This document shows, piece by piece, positions 39,147 through 52,695 of a stretch of DNA of 64,000 nucleotides (position 1 is the stretch's first letter; each line of letters begins with the position of its first letter). The translations under genes and the position numbers were made by a program. The DNA lies in NCBI GenBank assembly GCA_017499595.2, contig CM039008.1:1612001-1676000 (forward strand). Reading direction: 5' to 3'. The stretch is from Psilocybe cubensis. Its lineage: Eukaryota. The notes below the pieces were generated by a model that searched no databases, had not been told where the DNA came from, and saw nothing but the letters and a program-made list of their open reading frames with translations.

Positions 39147-40839
39147 GACTCCCAGGAACCTGCTACCACAACAAAGCAGCCGGCTTCTGGAGGTTGTTTT
39201 ATCCAGGATGTGGTAGAAGTAGAAACTGGAGCGGATGGAGGGCGACGGTGGGACGTACATCAACATTAACTGTATTCATTCGCTAGGTATTTCTCGATCT
39301 AGTGTTTCATTCTTTCTACCCGTAGTCCTTTAGGCTTTGATCTGGTCATCTTTTGTTCGTATGTGGTAAATTACACGCTCGTTTTGTTTTGATATTCAAT
39401 GGTTTCGTCGATTGTATGAATTTCATTAATTATATACTTGGTTTTCACCTTACGGTCTTGTCTTTTTTTGTGAACGAATTCGCCTATGTGCCACACAGCC
39501 GTTGAGCTGCGGAGGAGTGGGATTGAAGGGGGTAAATGGCCAATGGCATCAATAGCTAGATAACTGATCTGTGACGACGGCTTCTTACTTACCTTGGTCG
39601 GGTGGGTATTGAGGTCGTAAATGACAACAGGCTCAAGACGGCATGGAAGGATTGTTGAGCCGCATAGCCCTTCAACTCGTTTTGATGTTATGATATAATT
39701 TTACTGGGTTATAGGTGCAGAATGGAAGAGAAATAGGTGGGGCAGGCAAAGGGTTGATGCAGGTCCAAGGTATGTCCATTGAGCTATAATTCAATTTGTG
39801 CAATGGCGATTGGATGAACCAGAAGCCCTTTTACGCAGGAAACTTGTTCATTCACTGGTCATATCCCTGGAGATGCGGTATGTTGATTGTACTAGGCTTG
39901 GAAGTGTTCCGATGAATGCACGACTCTGCCCGTCATTATCTGGGTGATGTCACCAAAAGGCGGGGAGGATCCATGCGCGAGCACTGTGTTTTCTGGAGGA
40001 GAAAGACATAAAACATATGAAACGCAGTTGTTGTTAAAGTAGTGGTTGCGGGCAAAATGGCAGGAAAGGGAAGTCGGCGTTGACTGAGTTTCAAAATGGA
40101 AAATGCGCGTTGGGCACAAGTCCTCTCTGATCGGGGCCATCACCGGCTGTGTTTTGTATTTTGTATGTTAGAGAAAGGACGCCCGCTTCTCACCCTGGAT
40201 CCGTGCCGATTCTGCAATAATTGCTCGGAATTGTACTTTTGTGCGTCCTTTTGCTTCAAGACCCTGCTTATGTCTTGAAGCTGACCGACCACCACCGCAA
40301 AGACCGCGTAACGAGCGTTCGTTTTCTCCTTTTCTTTCATCTCAACCAGCGACCCACCTTTCGCCCACCGATTATCACACGTCTTTGTCATTCTGCGCGG
40401 TTGAGTCAGCGGAGGAGGCACAGTCGGCGTCCCCACACGGGCTACAAGGTGAGTTGAACCTTGGTTCACACATTGCGTTCTGCAAGTACTGTATTCAAGT
40501 GCTCCAGGTTTGGTTTCCAGTGCTAATTTTGCTTTAATCCAATCAGTTTATTTTCGACAGAGACAAAGTCCGCGCGGGTGCCCTATCTGCGCCAACCTCG
40601 AGGCGTGCTTGTTCTAAACCAATTCTGAACTGCCATATACATTCCTGATCCCCCATTCCCCCGATTCCCACATTACATCGTGAGCTCCCCGGCTTCGCTG
40701 CACCTGCATTCAGAAAGCAGTTGATTGTTTCATTTGCGTCATTCGGCTTGCTTTGGCCTTTTGACTGCTTTCGTCTTGAACGTCGAAACAAACAACAATC
40801 GCTCAAACGAGCCCACGACCCCCTTCAACATAACCTGTA

Positions 40840-42276
40840 CATGGAGGTCTCAGCGATACAGCCTGTGGTGTCGCCTGTGCCTAGCGCTCATAACGGACGC
40901 TCTCAGAACAAGGTCAGTCACTTTTTCCCAACCGTTATTTGCACATGCACCGATCGTTGCGTTCAACTTTGTCTTTGTACTTACTCTTTATAACTGCTAT
41001 GTTGCTTGTGTAGACCCGTGGCTGCAGCACACATACGAACAAGCTTTCCTTTTCCCAAACGATCTCGTCACTCAAGGGCATCATTCGGATACCGAACCGC
41101 AGGAAGCTTTCCACACCCCGCATTCACTTCCACTCTCAGTCGCAAGATGATGCGGACAGCACCAAGTCCACCTCCAACCCCCATTTCACCTCCAGACCGC
41201 GGCCCACGCACGGCCTCTCGCACTCGCTCGACACGCAGGCCCATCTGCACTCGCGCATGCGGAGCACGGGTACTGCTGCGTCCAACGGGAGTGGAAATAT
41301 CGACGGCATTATCTCTGATACTGAAGACTACGATAAACAACAAAGGCGGAGGAGCAACATCAAGAATGACCCGTATGCGCAGTTCTCGCGCACGGCAGAG
41401 GGCCTGAACTATACTTACAAGCCATATATGTCCCAGCCGATGCTTGGCGCTGAGCTCTCCCGGGGCACTGGTGGGGATGAGTTGGTCACTGGTTATGATT
41501 CAGAGTCTGGCTCTGCTTCTGGGTCGGGATATGGAGGGGGTGGTTGTTCGCCTGTTGGGACAGGTGAGGGTGGAGGGAGGACTCCCTTAGGGTTTTCGGC
41601 AACATCACCACTAGCGCTGCCATCCCCATCGCCCTCTCCGACTCCAGTCTTATTGTCATCTCCTCCTGCTATACTCCCGGCGACGGAGGTAGCCTTTTCT
41701 TTGGGTGGAAAAGTGGAAGATACGTTAATCCAAGTGCAGCACGGCGATCAGGGAGATGAGGGGGAGAAGGAGGGGGATATTAATGATCTCTATGATGGCA
41801 AAGCTGGAGGTTCTCTTAACAACGCCGCACCTAGCGACACGAACACGGACACGAACACAAACACGAACATTGGTACTACTGCTAATACTGCACAATCTAC
41901 GACTCTAGCTCAAATTTCATCGTCTACATTTACACCTACGTCAACTATTCAAACTAATTCACATGCCCGCTCCAACTCACCCTTGCCATTATTACCTCTA
42001 CCTGATGGACCCTCTTCGTTGACATCTGCGTCTACATCCGGGGCAGCATTGCGCCCGCGTAGCAGCAACGGCAGCGGTAGAACACCTGCACCCAGACGTG
42101 CGTTACCGCCTCCGCCACCTGAATCACCAATATCTGCATCTTCTTCTGCGTCAGCCGCCCTCTTTGTTGATCATTTTAACAGGAATTCCACAACGTTAAA
42201 CAAAAGCCACCTTTCCATTCAATGCCCATCTCGATTACGTCCCCAGTCAGGCCGCCTACCTACAACACGCCCATGA
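40840..42276 (+). CDS. Hypothetical S/P/G/T-rich low-complexity protein
   Basis: A 339-aa ORF (41257..42276), open upstream to an AG acceptor near 41013, with a likely first exon MEVSAIQPVVSPVPSAHNGRSQNK|GT. No family recognised; it may be a fragment. Confidence 0.5.
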
Positions 42277-42544
42277 TCTCTTATTACTTCGTATATACCG
42301 ATCCTTCCTTGCACTTCCGACGGATTGTTCAGCCAGAGTCCAGAAATCATGTAATTCGGCCTATCAGCTTTCTTCTCTAGGCAACATACAAAACTGGCCA
42401 CCCAACACCGTCTTCTTCGACTTGCGATAATCCTTACCCCCGTGCCGACTATCTGGCACTAATGAAGCACACCATCTCAGAGCGAAAGCTTGAAGGAAAA
42501 AACTTGATGCAGCAGTATCGAGGTGCTTGTCGAGACAGCTATGA

Positions 42545-43310
42545 ACTTTGTTGGGAAAGATGACGCACAGATCTCGAAGATCACTCCAGCCAATGTGCGT
42601 CAACATTCTTCATCTTCAATGGAAGCCAGCTGGATGCAAACATGATGGGTGTTATACAATACCAGTGTTAATTTGGGATGTCACTAGTACCCGACGTTGT
42701 GAGGAAATGCCTGAGTCCCAGAGAAATGCTCGACTCCACCTCATGGGCGGCATCTTGTGCGTGTTCCTCCTTTTATTACCCATCCACTGACAATGCCATA
42801 ATAGTAAACCAGGAAAACCTGAAGAATGAGAGCAAATTGATTGTGCGTGAGATCATTGTCGAGCGCCCCCTTCGGTGAGTTTCCTTTTTTTCTCAACAAA
42901 AAACCCCTCCGACACAGCCAATGAATTTTTAGTGTATTTGTTCTCACTCCTCATTCCCGATATCCATCCAGTTGTGATTGTAATGATCTCGACATAATCC
43001 TCCACCTCTCCGTCTGCCATCCACACCATTAAACATTTCAATTACTCTTTCAACTTCCTCAGGCGTCGAGATGATTCCCCTCCGTTGGAACCAAACTTGT
43101 GAAACAATGGAGAAATTTGCCTGCGGGCATTACGCGTCGGGTGACACAACAAAAAGAAGTACGCGCGAGTTGGGCGGATTCCAATGGCGACACATCGATG
43201 ATTCGCTTGTGTTCAAGGGTGTGCTGTTCAACAAGGACATCCACCTGCATATGCAGCGTAAACTCAGCTTTCATATCCCGCCATTGTACATTACCGACTG
43301 CTCAACGACC
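42545..43310 (+). pseudogene. CCT3: Relic of the N-terminal part of chaperonin CCT gamma subunit
   Basis: Collinear, frameshifted pieces AQISKITPAN, VPDVVRKCLSPREML..LMGGIL, IVREIIVERP, DIHPVVI, SVGTKLVKQWRNL, KKYARVGRIP and IDDSLVFKGVLFNKDIH..MQRKL. These parallel CCT3 AQ.SNI.AAK / VADVIRTCLGP..MGGIL / ILREI.V.HP / IHPVVI / IGTKF..RW / KRYARVEKIPGG..DS.VL.GV.LNKD. Confidence 0.75.
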
Positions 43311-44083
43311 GCTATACGGCGCATGCACTCATTCCAATCTAGGGCAATGGCGGGATTAGTGCCAAGGCCAAGGCGGGACCCCCACGTGTGATTGTGGTGA
43401 CGTGACTACCCGTTCCAACGCGTCAGCACCCTTGTCGCCACCTGTCTCTCACCCCTCATCGAGTGCTCTCTGTTGCCGCTTTTTCGACGCCATCCACCAG
43501 CCACATTCCCATCGCAAGGAGTGACAACTCGGAGGATAGATATGCAAGTATTGGGAAAAGGTATCATATTGGGTTCTGGGTGCGTCACTACTCTTCTTTT
43601 TGAATGTCCCCACCCTTTCTTGCAATGGCAGCCTAGAAATACTCATGCCTGGGCATACACTGGGCTGTTCATGCTTCCCTTTTGATTTCTTTGAGGCTGT
43701 ATGGTAATGTGGGTCCTAATTCAATCCAATACCGAAAGATACACAAGGATAACAAATAAAAAAAATGAAATACTCAGAAACTACAAGCAAATCAAACAAC
43801 CACATGGAAGACAGAAAAGACGATACAAGCAAACAGGAAATAAAGAGAGGAAATGGATAAGAGCTACATCAGCTCCCAATCGGCTCCCTTCTCATGAAAC
43901 CGTTGGTACAAGCGTGCAGGGCTTCGTGTTGTGCATTGCTGCCCCCCTCTCTCCTGCTCCTCCTCCTTGATCGCTTCTTGTCCCCCATTTAACGTGGTGC
44001 TATCATCGTCATCCAAGATCCGTCATATTCATCCCTCCTCAACCGACGCATGGTGCCGGAGAAATGATGACGAGGCGATATGC

Positions 44084-44694
44084 TTAGTAGAGGCGGACGG
44101 GCTTGCCCATGATGGTCTTGATGTGAAGGGACTTGACGTTCTGCCAGTTCTTCTTGAGCAGCGAAACGAGGAAGTTGATGCCTGAGGCAGAAAGAATGAC
44201 GATTAAAGGAGTTTCAATTGAAAAAGTTCAGGGCGACTCACTCAGCATGACGTTTCCGAGGACCTCGTCGTCGTTCACCTGGACGTGGCCAACAGCAACA
44301 CCCAAGCAAAGAACCTTCTTGAGCTGGAACTTGATGGTGGAGCGAACCTCAGTGGGCTTGTTGGTGAGATCCTCAGCGTGGGAGACAGGTGGGGAACTTT
44401 CCAGCTTTAATGGATATGTCAGCAACTGTGGACGTATGAACAGATTGGAGCGAGACTGACCCTTGGAGAGACCAGACGGGGGATCTGGTTGATGAGGGCT
44501 TCGGAAGCAAGGAAAGCATCGTCCTTCTTGGCGAGCTTCTGGTTCTTGTTCACTTTCAAAAAACGCAATCTGTCAATATGGCTAATTCGCCCTGCGATAA
44601 TTTTCAGTACTCACTTCTTCAAGTCATCGACGCACATGTATTCGAGCTCAATCTGCTTAGCACGATTGATGTCGGCGGCATCAGCGAGAATGCA
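44084..44694 (-). pseudogene. RPL1: 5'-truncated, intron-retaining 60S ribosomal protein uL1 (RPL1/RPL10A) relic
   Basis: ILADAADINRAKQIELEYMCVDDLKK|..KLAKKDDAFLASEALINQIPR..GLSK|..VSHAEDL..EVRSTIKFQLKKVLCLGVAVGHV..|[31 protein letters not shown]. Three introns are retained, small deletions cause frameshifts, and no N-terminal exons are present. Confidence 0.93.
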
Positions 44695-45099
44695 ATTTCC
44701 AGGAATATGGTGTGTGGCTGTGGGGTACTTGATAGCTGATTGAGAAAGGCGATCAGGAGTTCGTCGGTTATGGTCCAATTACAAAGCCGATCAGTGGCAG
44801 GCTAAAAATTCTTTAAATTCATTTATGCTCAGAATTCCACAAGTATTTCGCTGTACACATGTAAAACGTAGATAATGTTTCTGTAGTAGTTGTGTGTAAC
44901 CTGCTTTAATATTCCAAACCAACGAAACTGAAGATTTCCTTCAACGCTGGTATTTCCGTCTCTCTAGGTAACCCTTTTTTCCCGCACGTCGCACATGAGT
45001 ATATTATATGAAAAACTCCAAGCCTGGATTTTTTTCTGAGATTAAACACGCAGGATTTGCAGCATAGATGGCCGCATCCAGGAAATCTTAGGTTATATT

Positions 45100-45859
45100 A
45101 GTATCAAATTGTTAAGCAATTAAAACTTCGAGACGCACAGTATCACCGAATCCTTTCCCATCAATTGATAGCACTTTGGGCACGATGATTTCTGAATAAT
45201 GAGTGTTTCTAACTGCTTCCGGCGTCAGAACAATCAGGGGGTTGATATTGCGAAGATGGTACATACATCCTGCAGTCTCTCTTCTGCTGTGTTCCGACCA
45301 GTTGAATCTTGACCTGAATTTATAAATATGTCCAAACTTTCGCTATATAGCTCTCACTGGTTTTGTCTCGGAAATAAGGATATCTAATGTCTTTACAAGC
45401 ACCTCAAGCTTATCAATTTCCTATGCAACTGTAAGTGTGAAAACTGCGTGACCATTTAATAACCATTGCGTACCTGCTGGCTTTCGGTGAACTGCTGGTA
45501 CTTCTATCCCACACGTCATAGCTTAGGACATGTTCTAAATAGCAGAGATGTTATAATAGATACCTGTTGAGCGTCTGCCTGAAACTCGTGTAATAGCCGT
45601 GTAGCTTCTTCTCTCTCTTCCTCCAGCTCAACAAGACACTACAACGGCAAGGTAAGGTCGATTGACCGGCGAAATGATGGAAACTCACAATTTCTGAGCC
45701 CTGTATCTTAGACATCTGGTGCGCTGCCTTATATCTTTGAAAGGATTCCGATGCACCCAACGCAACCTCCAATTCGTTCATCTCCATTTCAAAATCCTGC
45801 TGAGTTTCTGGTACATTCTGCATAAAGGTTAGTGTGTCATTAATTGATGGCAGATTCAA
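45100..45859 (-). CDS. Hypothetical acidic/coiled-coil protein, multi-exon (boundaries uncertain)
   Basis: ORF MNLPSINDT..QDFEMEMNELEVAL..SEI followed by a GTGAGT donor, then further helical exon-like segments (LEEEREEATRLLHEFQ, EIDKLEVLVKTL). Confidence 0.4.
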
Positions 45860-46559
45860 GAGACATTTGGCTTATTGGTGTTAGGTAGAAGCATAGAGAG
45901 TATCCCTCGTGCCCTTGAACCGGATTTGAACTTTGCCAGAGACATAACTGAAGGAGCAGTGGTGTATATAATGAGCTATAATCAATGGTATAAAGTTTCT
46001 TTATATAGTTTTGTCTCCAGTGTCCACCAGAAAGTGACATTTCCAGATCATGTTCGCACTCTGTATTGTGACCGTGTGTAGATATCCTCGAATGTTGTTG
46101 AACAAGCGCAATGCGACTCGCCAGGAACTGAACATGGTTGCGAACATGCCATATATCCAATGCAACAACAACAACCCTTGTTCTATAAAGGTCAATACAA
46201 CATACAGGGATGCCAGGGTTGCTGATATAGTGGTCACTTCGCAACAGATTGAAGATTCCGTCAGGCCGATCACTTGCATCGGACAGTCTTGGTAGACTAT
46301 TATTTCCTTGAAATAAAGTCAATGCAATTAATATGGAAACAACTTTCGCGTATACTGCACAAATGGTCACAACGACAGTGTGAGATCTCGTTTATGTAAA
46401 GTAAGCGATCATTTGCGACTCGATTATTACAGACGGAGTACTGGTACTGTGTGTCGGTGACCATAGGAACTATACTTTCCCTAAATTTGAGCGGGAAAGC
46501 ATAAAGCATAAATATTAGTTCAACAACCCCGAGATCGACGAGTTACAATCAGGTTCCCC

Positions 46560-47759
46560 ATGTCTCACTTTTCCTACTTGAATACACTTTACCACTACTT
46601 TCTGCACTTCAGACATCAATTCCTTGCGTACTTGAATTTGGAAGATGTCGCCAATGCACCGTTGGTAGTCCAGACACGATTTTCAGATTCAGCATGGCTT
46701 AAGCAGGTTATCTTGGTTGGAGAAGTCGCACCCGCTAGATCGGGAACAGCACTCGGAGACATAGGGAATGTAATCCACCTTGCTGCAAGTCATATTATTA
46801 ACTTGCAAATTGCTAAATTGACGTAGTGATTATTTATAGAACGGGACCCAACTCCGTACCGTGCAAGATGGAACATCTGTTCAGATTATTATCTCCCTTC
46901 GCAGGCCGTCCAATAACATTGCAGAAACAAATTTTATATGGGACGCGCAACTTACGCGCTTTCAGAATTTGGAGAATCTGATCAACCGGATATACATACC
47001 GTTTACGGTAAATGAAGCACTCTCTCTGGACCTGGTTGCGCGGCACAGAGCTAACTTGAACTAGAGATTCGGTGCCTCAAGAATTGTTTCCTTTGTGAGC
47101 AAGGTGGATGAAGAGGATATCGTGAATATCAAATTCGAAAAGTTTAGAGTATGGTATTTTTTCATCTCTCCAAACAATGTACTGTTCACAAGTGAGCCAT
47201 TCCCTTCGTAAGGAAAGGAGAGACGACGATGAAGTCGTTTATTGGCGTGATGTCGGACAGGGTGCGCATTTGAGTGCCTATAACGAACAACTAGGTTACC
47301 CACACTGACTATTTGGATATTTAGTTCGTAGCGGGGTCGTGTATTCTCACAGAGTTATGGACCACGAGCTATCGCCTTTTTTTGACTTGGAACACGATGT
47401 TCTTGTTCAACCTGAGGTATATGACGATTTGGGTCATCTCGTCCCGCCGTGGCTTCTTCAAAACGAGTTGCGACCAGGATCAATTGTTATGGTTGAAGCC
47501 GTTTTGATTCCCAGAGACGACTTTAGTTCACCCACGGATGCATCACGGGTGCGTTTGTCATCTTTAAACCTAACATCGTTTAAGAAGGTATCAATACTGA
47601 TCCGTTTAGAGCTTCGAAGCTTGGGGTAGACGCGTGCAGGTACTCAGAAGGGGCCAAAGCAAATCTGAGCAAAATATTTTACCAAAAATCTCGAATCACT
47701 GGCTGATGTCTCCCGGCTCGGGGAGGCCGGCAAAGAGGCATCGGAATGAGTCTGTATGA
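46560..47759 (+). CDS. Hypothetical agaric-family protein with an LVQ..D..G.LVPPW..LRPG.IV.V motif (possibly disrupted)
   Basis: Exon chain MSHFSYL..VILVGEVAP..GT.LG..GN|..VQIIISLRRP..|..FFDLEHDVLVQPEVYDDLGHLVPPWLLQNELRPGSIVMVEAVL|..RVQVLRRG..AKRHRNESV*. A TAG at 47062-47064 may lie in an intron or be a lesion. Confidence 0.55.
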
Positions 47760-48659
47760 GTTACCATAGCCGTACAACATGATATCGCCTTGCTGTAAGT
47801 AAGGCTCTCCCAGCCCATAATTATGTAAGAATGTTGAACCAAAGTTTGACTGTATTTTTGCAAGGGCATTATTACTAATATCTCATGTGTAATAGCAATA
47901 TTAAGTACCGTATAACGAGGAATTAGTGCCAGCCCCAGCCTCAACGGGATGAAGTTTGGGCTCAATCTAACCCAATGTCAAATAAAGATAGTTAAACTTG
48001 CACTGTACTGATTTATCCTCTAGAAAACCTTCTACTGGTTTTCTCAAAATGGTCTGTTTTATCTCCATATTACATCTACTAGTAGTATATCTACTACAAA
48101 TTGAGAAATATACGTGCCCATTCCATCCATTATTGGGTACTGCAATTCGATATCGTGCCCTCATTGACAATCGACAGTGTAGTAGGACAGCAAGGCGCTT
48201 GCCAACGGAGACGGCCACTAGTGAGAAATATATATCGGTATCATGATACTGTTGACGGATTTTCATTACGATATGTATTACACATCAAAATTCATAAGTA
48301 TCATGATGATTTCTCGCCTCGGATTATTGTGAATTACTTTGCAAACCGCTAGATCATGAGAATATGAGATATATATTATACATTACTTGCTTTGTAGAAC
48401 AGAGGCCTACGGCTTCTTAACTTCATACACACCGTCCAGGAAGTGACGTGTAATTTACCTTGTTATCTACGTCGATACAGAACTCAGAAGTAAATTACCT
48501 GTGTAGTAGGAACCACAACTGCAGCCTTCCACAGCATTGTCCAAAAGACAACCTGTTTTACCCATGACGCACACTAAAACATCCAGAATAACCATATATC
48601 TGGATTGCGGAATCTTCAAGAAACATTGTGCTAAGAAGGTCACCCCGCTGTTTGCCTGA

Positions 48660-49500
48660 CGCCAGCCACGCGGCAGAGTGTGTGTTGTGGTGGGTACGCA
48701 CAGCATGACAGGATTGCACGCGGGGCACTGCGTGTTCAGGTGGATTGGGCTTGGGGGTGCCCTGTGGCGTTCGTGGATATGGAAAGCTGGGATGGCAGGG
48801 AAGAGAGCACGACATGCAGCTGAGTGCGTGTCGTGATGAACAGTGGCGGCGGATGGCACAATACGAAGTGCTTTGTGTATTGTTATGGGCGACGGAAGAA
48901 GCAGCGGGGGGAGCAGAGGGTGGACTGAGAGTGGAGGAAACGACACGCGGTCGCGAAGGGGTGGACCGCAATGTGCATGTCATCGTGGGCAGAGAAGATG
49001 GAAGTGGAGTCGCGGAATGCGTATTGTGGTGGCGGGTGTGTGTGGATACGTTGTGTCGTGTTGTAGCGAGAGGAGCAAGCAACATGTGTAATGTGAAAGC
49101 GGAGGTGGCGTGGAAGCGCTGCGTGTCACATTGGGGGAGCGGCAGGGACGAGGTGAGTTGCCTGGGAGCGATATGCGGGAGGCGGCGGTGTATAGAGCAC
49201 AAAACCGTGACGCAGTGCCATGCGTGTTGTGTGAAGCGGAGAGTGTGGCGGGGTTGGGGGGCATGCAGTAAGACGCAGCATGTTGCTGTAGCAGAGAGTG
49301 GAGACATGTGCAGGCGCTCTGTGTCGTTATGGGCAAGGAGTTGAGGAGACGGGGTACAGAACAGAATACATACCGCCGTGCCTATCGCGGTGGGCGGAGA
49401 GGGCATAAGCAGCACAGAAGGATAGGGAACACAATGCGCCCCGAAGTGAGTGTCATGCATGTCGTGGTGGATGGAAAGAGCGGCGGAGTTAGCAGTTATC
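48660..49500. repeat. G/T-skewed low-complexity tract, probable degenerate repeat or TE interior
   Basis: Dense GTGT/GCG/GGAG short motifs and recurring (T)GTAGC(G/A)GAGAG and GCATG. The long ORFs on both strands are compositional artefacts. Confidence 0.5.
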
Positions 49501-50557
49501 GTTTAAGGAGGGGAATTGGGAGACGAGAGTGATGCTGTGGTCGGTAAATTACAGCGGTGGCAAGGTCGATGTCGACGACGAGGATTTCAAAGACAAGACC
49601 GATACTAGATTGAAAAATACCATGCCACAATTCCATACCTGTATCAATCGGCGCCTGTCTGCAGAAATGAAGAAGGAACGTGGAATACTTACCACTGGCA
49701 AATTTGGTTCCATGTGAATGACAACATTGAGTGGCCAGCATAAATCAGCGATGATATGGGTGCTATATGCATCATTAATAACAATCATCGATGTACTATT
49801 GACCATGATAACGGTTAAAACGGTCTCATCATGAAGCTGCCCAGCACTAAGATAGTTCTCGAGCCACGAGTCAAAATTATAGGTCATAAGAGACAATCAA
49901 ATGGAAACGAACTGTTGTCTTCGCCACTTCCGTAACCGTGATACGATAGACCGTTGATGGTGTTGTTGGCTTCCTCCCACCGTTTGCCTGGGAAATACTA
50001 ACAAAGGGACAGTTTCAAAAGGGGAAGAGTACCTGATCTGACTTCCGCCAGCGGCCAGTGGTACTTCATTGCTCACCCTCACCTTTCGACTGTTATTTGG
50101 AAAGCTGAGAATGCGGCGGGGGGCAAAAGGCCACAACGAACAGGAATACTGCTACTCGTTGTCAAATTGAAGGAGTGGTGGTGGGAGATGGGCGTGACAA
50201 GCATTGACTGCTTGACGTCGTTGAGGGAGCGGCGGGAAGGGACGGGCGACAACGGGTAGAGCCAAACTGGCTGCTTGTTGTCTCTATTGTCAGAGAGGGT
50301 CGGAGGCGACGTGAAGACAAACAGGGTGGGTGGTGGCAAGTACGAGACCAGCGGCTTAGATGATGAGACGGTGCTACCTCCATTAAAGGTCACGAGCTCA
50401 CTCGGGCAGCGGAAACCGGCCTGGATGCCGGTCCTCAAACGACGAAAAACGCGCGGTATATTTGCGGTATATTGATGAAGAAAAGAAAAGATTAAGTTCT
50501 TTCGAAGAACTCTCTAACATTTTGTTGAAACTAGTATGCTATTAAACCAAAATCTAG

Positions 50558-51840
50558 CTAAGGAAATGAAACTATGATTGTCATAATGTCCCAATCTGTA
50601 GTCGCAGATGGAAGTGCGAGTTCAATCTCTCTCTCGATTTGATGCCTCGCATCTTCTCGCTCCTGGTCACCGAGGATTCTCGAACTCCAACAATGTGCAT
50701 GGATAACCACTCCCTCTAGGTCTGGAAACATGTCTAAATTTAGAAAACTGTCCAAAACTGTCCACGGTCCCAGGTCGGACTGTATGTGTGCCCTGGAAAG
50801 ATTAACTTGGTCCAACTCAATAGTCAGATGCCGTAGATTGTCTGGCCACGCTTCCAAAATCGAGGTTATGTGTGCAATGTAGCGCCCTATTGGTACGGCT
50901 CTCGTGGTTGGATGCATATGGTCTCGATGTCCGTAGTGTAAAGTCAAATCAGTGAGATAAACATGATTTGGAAAGTTAAATGCTAGGCGCGCGGGAAAAT
51001 GTCGATTAAGATCTATCAGGTCAAACATTAAGTAAAAAATGAAACAGTCGAGGTAATGATATGGAACGCACCACATGGATCAAACATGACACATAGGCGC
51101 TCAATGCTTGATGAGAAGTGTTCTTCTAAAATATCAAATTCTTCTTTGAGGACCTGAGGCCCAGCAGTATCTGTCTGGTCGATACGTAGGCATAAGATCT
51201 TCAGAGAAGGTTCTTCACCATCCGTTGAATGGAGGCCGACCGGATATATTGTCCGAACAACCGATAACTTGTCGGTCTCAATGGTTTCAAGGCTTGGGAG
51301 TCGAAGGGCATTGGTATTCGAATATGTCATCGTATTTGATACCTCACAGGCAATGAGAGTCAAATCTACAATTGATGTCCCGTCGAGGATGTTCCTTGGG
51401 AGGTTTTCTACGTTGTTGAGCTTGAGCGATACCAATTGGTTGGATTTAAGAAGATTTCCGAAGGATCTTGTGATTTGTTGGTGCATAAACCAGTCAGAAT
51501 AGAACAGGGGACCAGATAAATAGAGCGTTTCCACCTGCAAACTGGGGTGACAAAGCATATCAAGAACAATATTGAGGTTTTGGAGAATTTGGATCTTCAT
51601 AGCGAGAGTCGGAGTATACACGGTGCCGACCTGAGCTTGCACATAGAGGATACGAACTCCTGGAAGAATACCAGTATCACAAAATTCCAGCAAACTGCGA
51701 AGGAGGAATAGTCTCAAATGGATTTCAAGTGCATTATTCCCCGCCACACATATAGTTTCAAAAAGATGGCGGTGTTCGGGCCAAGGAAATGAAGGCGAGG
51801 AGACCTCATTTTCGGGTTGCGCAACGAAGGTTAGTGACAT
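50558..51840 (-). CDS. F-box-like/LRR-like family paralogue A (lacks the N-terminal F-box-like motif), 2 exons
   Basis: Aligns by eye with 52696..54054 (LKLNNVENLPRNILDGTSIVDLTLIAC vs LRLCEVQDLPKDVLQGTSIIHLTVLDC; LEAWPDNLRHLTI vs LAAWPPSLQRLTL; EIELALPS vs EIKLALPT). The intron at ~51012-51068 is at the homologous position. Confidence 0.75.
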
Positions 51841-52695
51841 GGGGGTGTTGAGATGAAGGAAATGAGAAAGAATTTGTCGGAATATATTCTATGTGTCCAT
51901 CAGATGGGTAGAGCAAAATATTAACGCCCTGATTGATATATTGATGCCATGGCTGATCATATAATTAACGCCCTGACATGAACAATTCTTGGTGTCAACT
52001 TGCTGACATGTAGATGTGAAGTGTGCGATTTGGGGAGTAATGAGAACATACAAGGGCTCCAATGACCTGATCGTGATCGCAAGCTCCGTGCCCTATTGGA
52101 CTTGGACAACTTAAGGGAAATCTAGTATAAAAAAATCCTGGAATTAATCAAGCCACAAGTCATTGGCCGGAATAGCTAGTAGGCTTCGGCTCGATTGAGA
52201 TATTGTTCCTGTATGCCAGGTATTCGGGAGAGCTACGGCATAAATGAAAGTAGAGTTAAACATTTCGTCCAGTGCCAAACACACAGCTGTATATAAACCC
52301 TCCCTTATTGCAACTCAAGTGTACGTACCAAGCACATGCAAGTCACATTATGTGAACTCATGCTAATGGACTCTAGCTATACTCCTGACCATATAAAGAC
52401 TGCGCTACGAACCATGATGTCCGCGTGGCTTGTCAGAGGCTCCTGGGATCATTGTAGGTGAGCGATAATCGAGACATTGAATCCATTTTTGTTCCCCTCT
52501 CATTCTCATATAAAAGATGTATCGGGAACATGCTCTATTGGCGATGTACATTGGTGTCCTTTGCTATCTTTGCGGTCGGTCATCAAATAACCTTTTCGAC
52601 ATTTCGACAATGGATACATATAAATTATTACGTGATGATATGCCATCGACACAGCGCGTGGATAACTAAGTGATCATGACCACCTTGGTAGCCAG

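Noticed and set aside
39700-40540. Coding-like fragments on the minus strand
   Set aside because: I could not assign a family or a consistent exon chain. It may be another relic but is unsupported.
44731-44738. GATAGCTG as the right-hand TIR partner of the 34859 CAGCTATC end (similarly ATAGCTG near 63087)
   Set aside because: Only 7-8 bp match and the flanking dinucleotides do not form a TSD.
48467-49460. 159-300 aa ORFs on both strands
   Set aside because: His/Thr/Pro- or Cys/Val/Arg-biased translations of low-complexity DNA with no domain signal.
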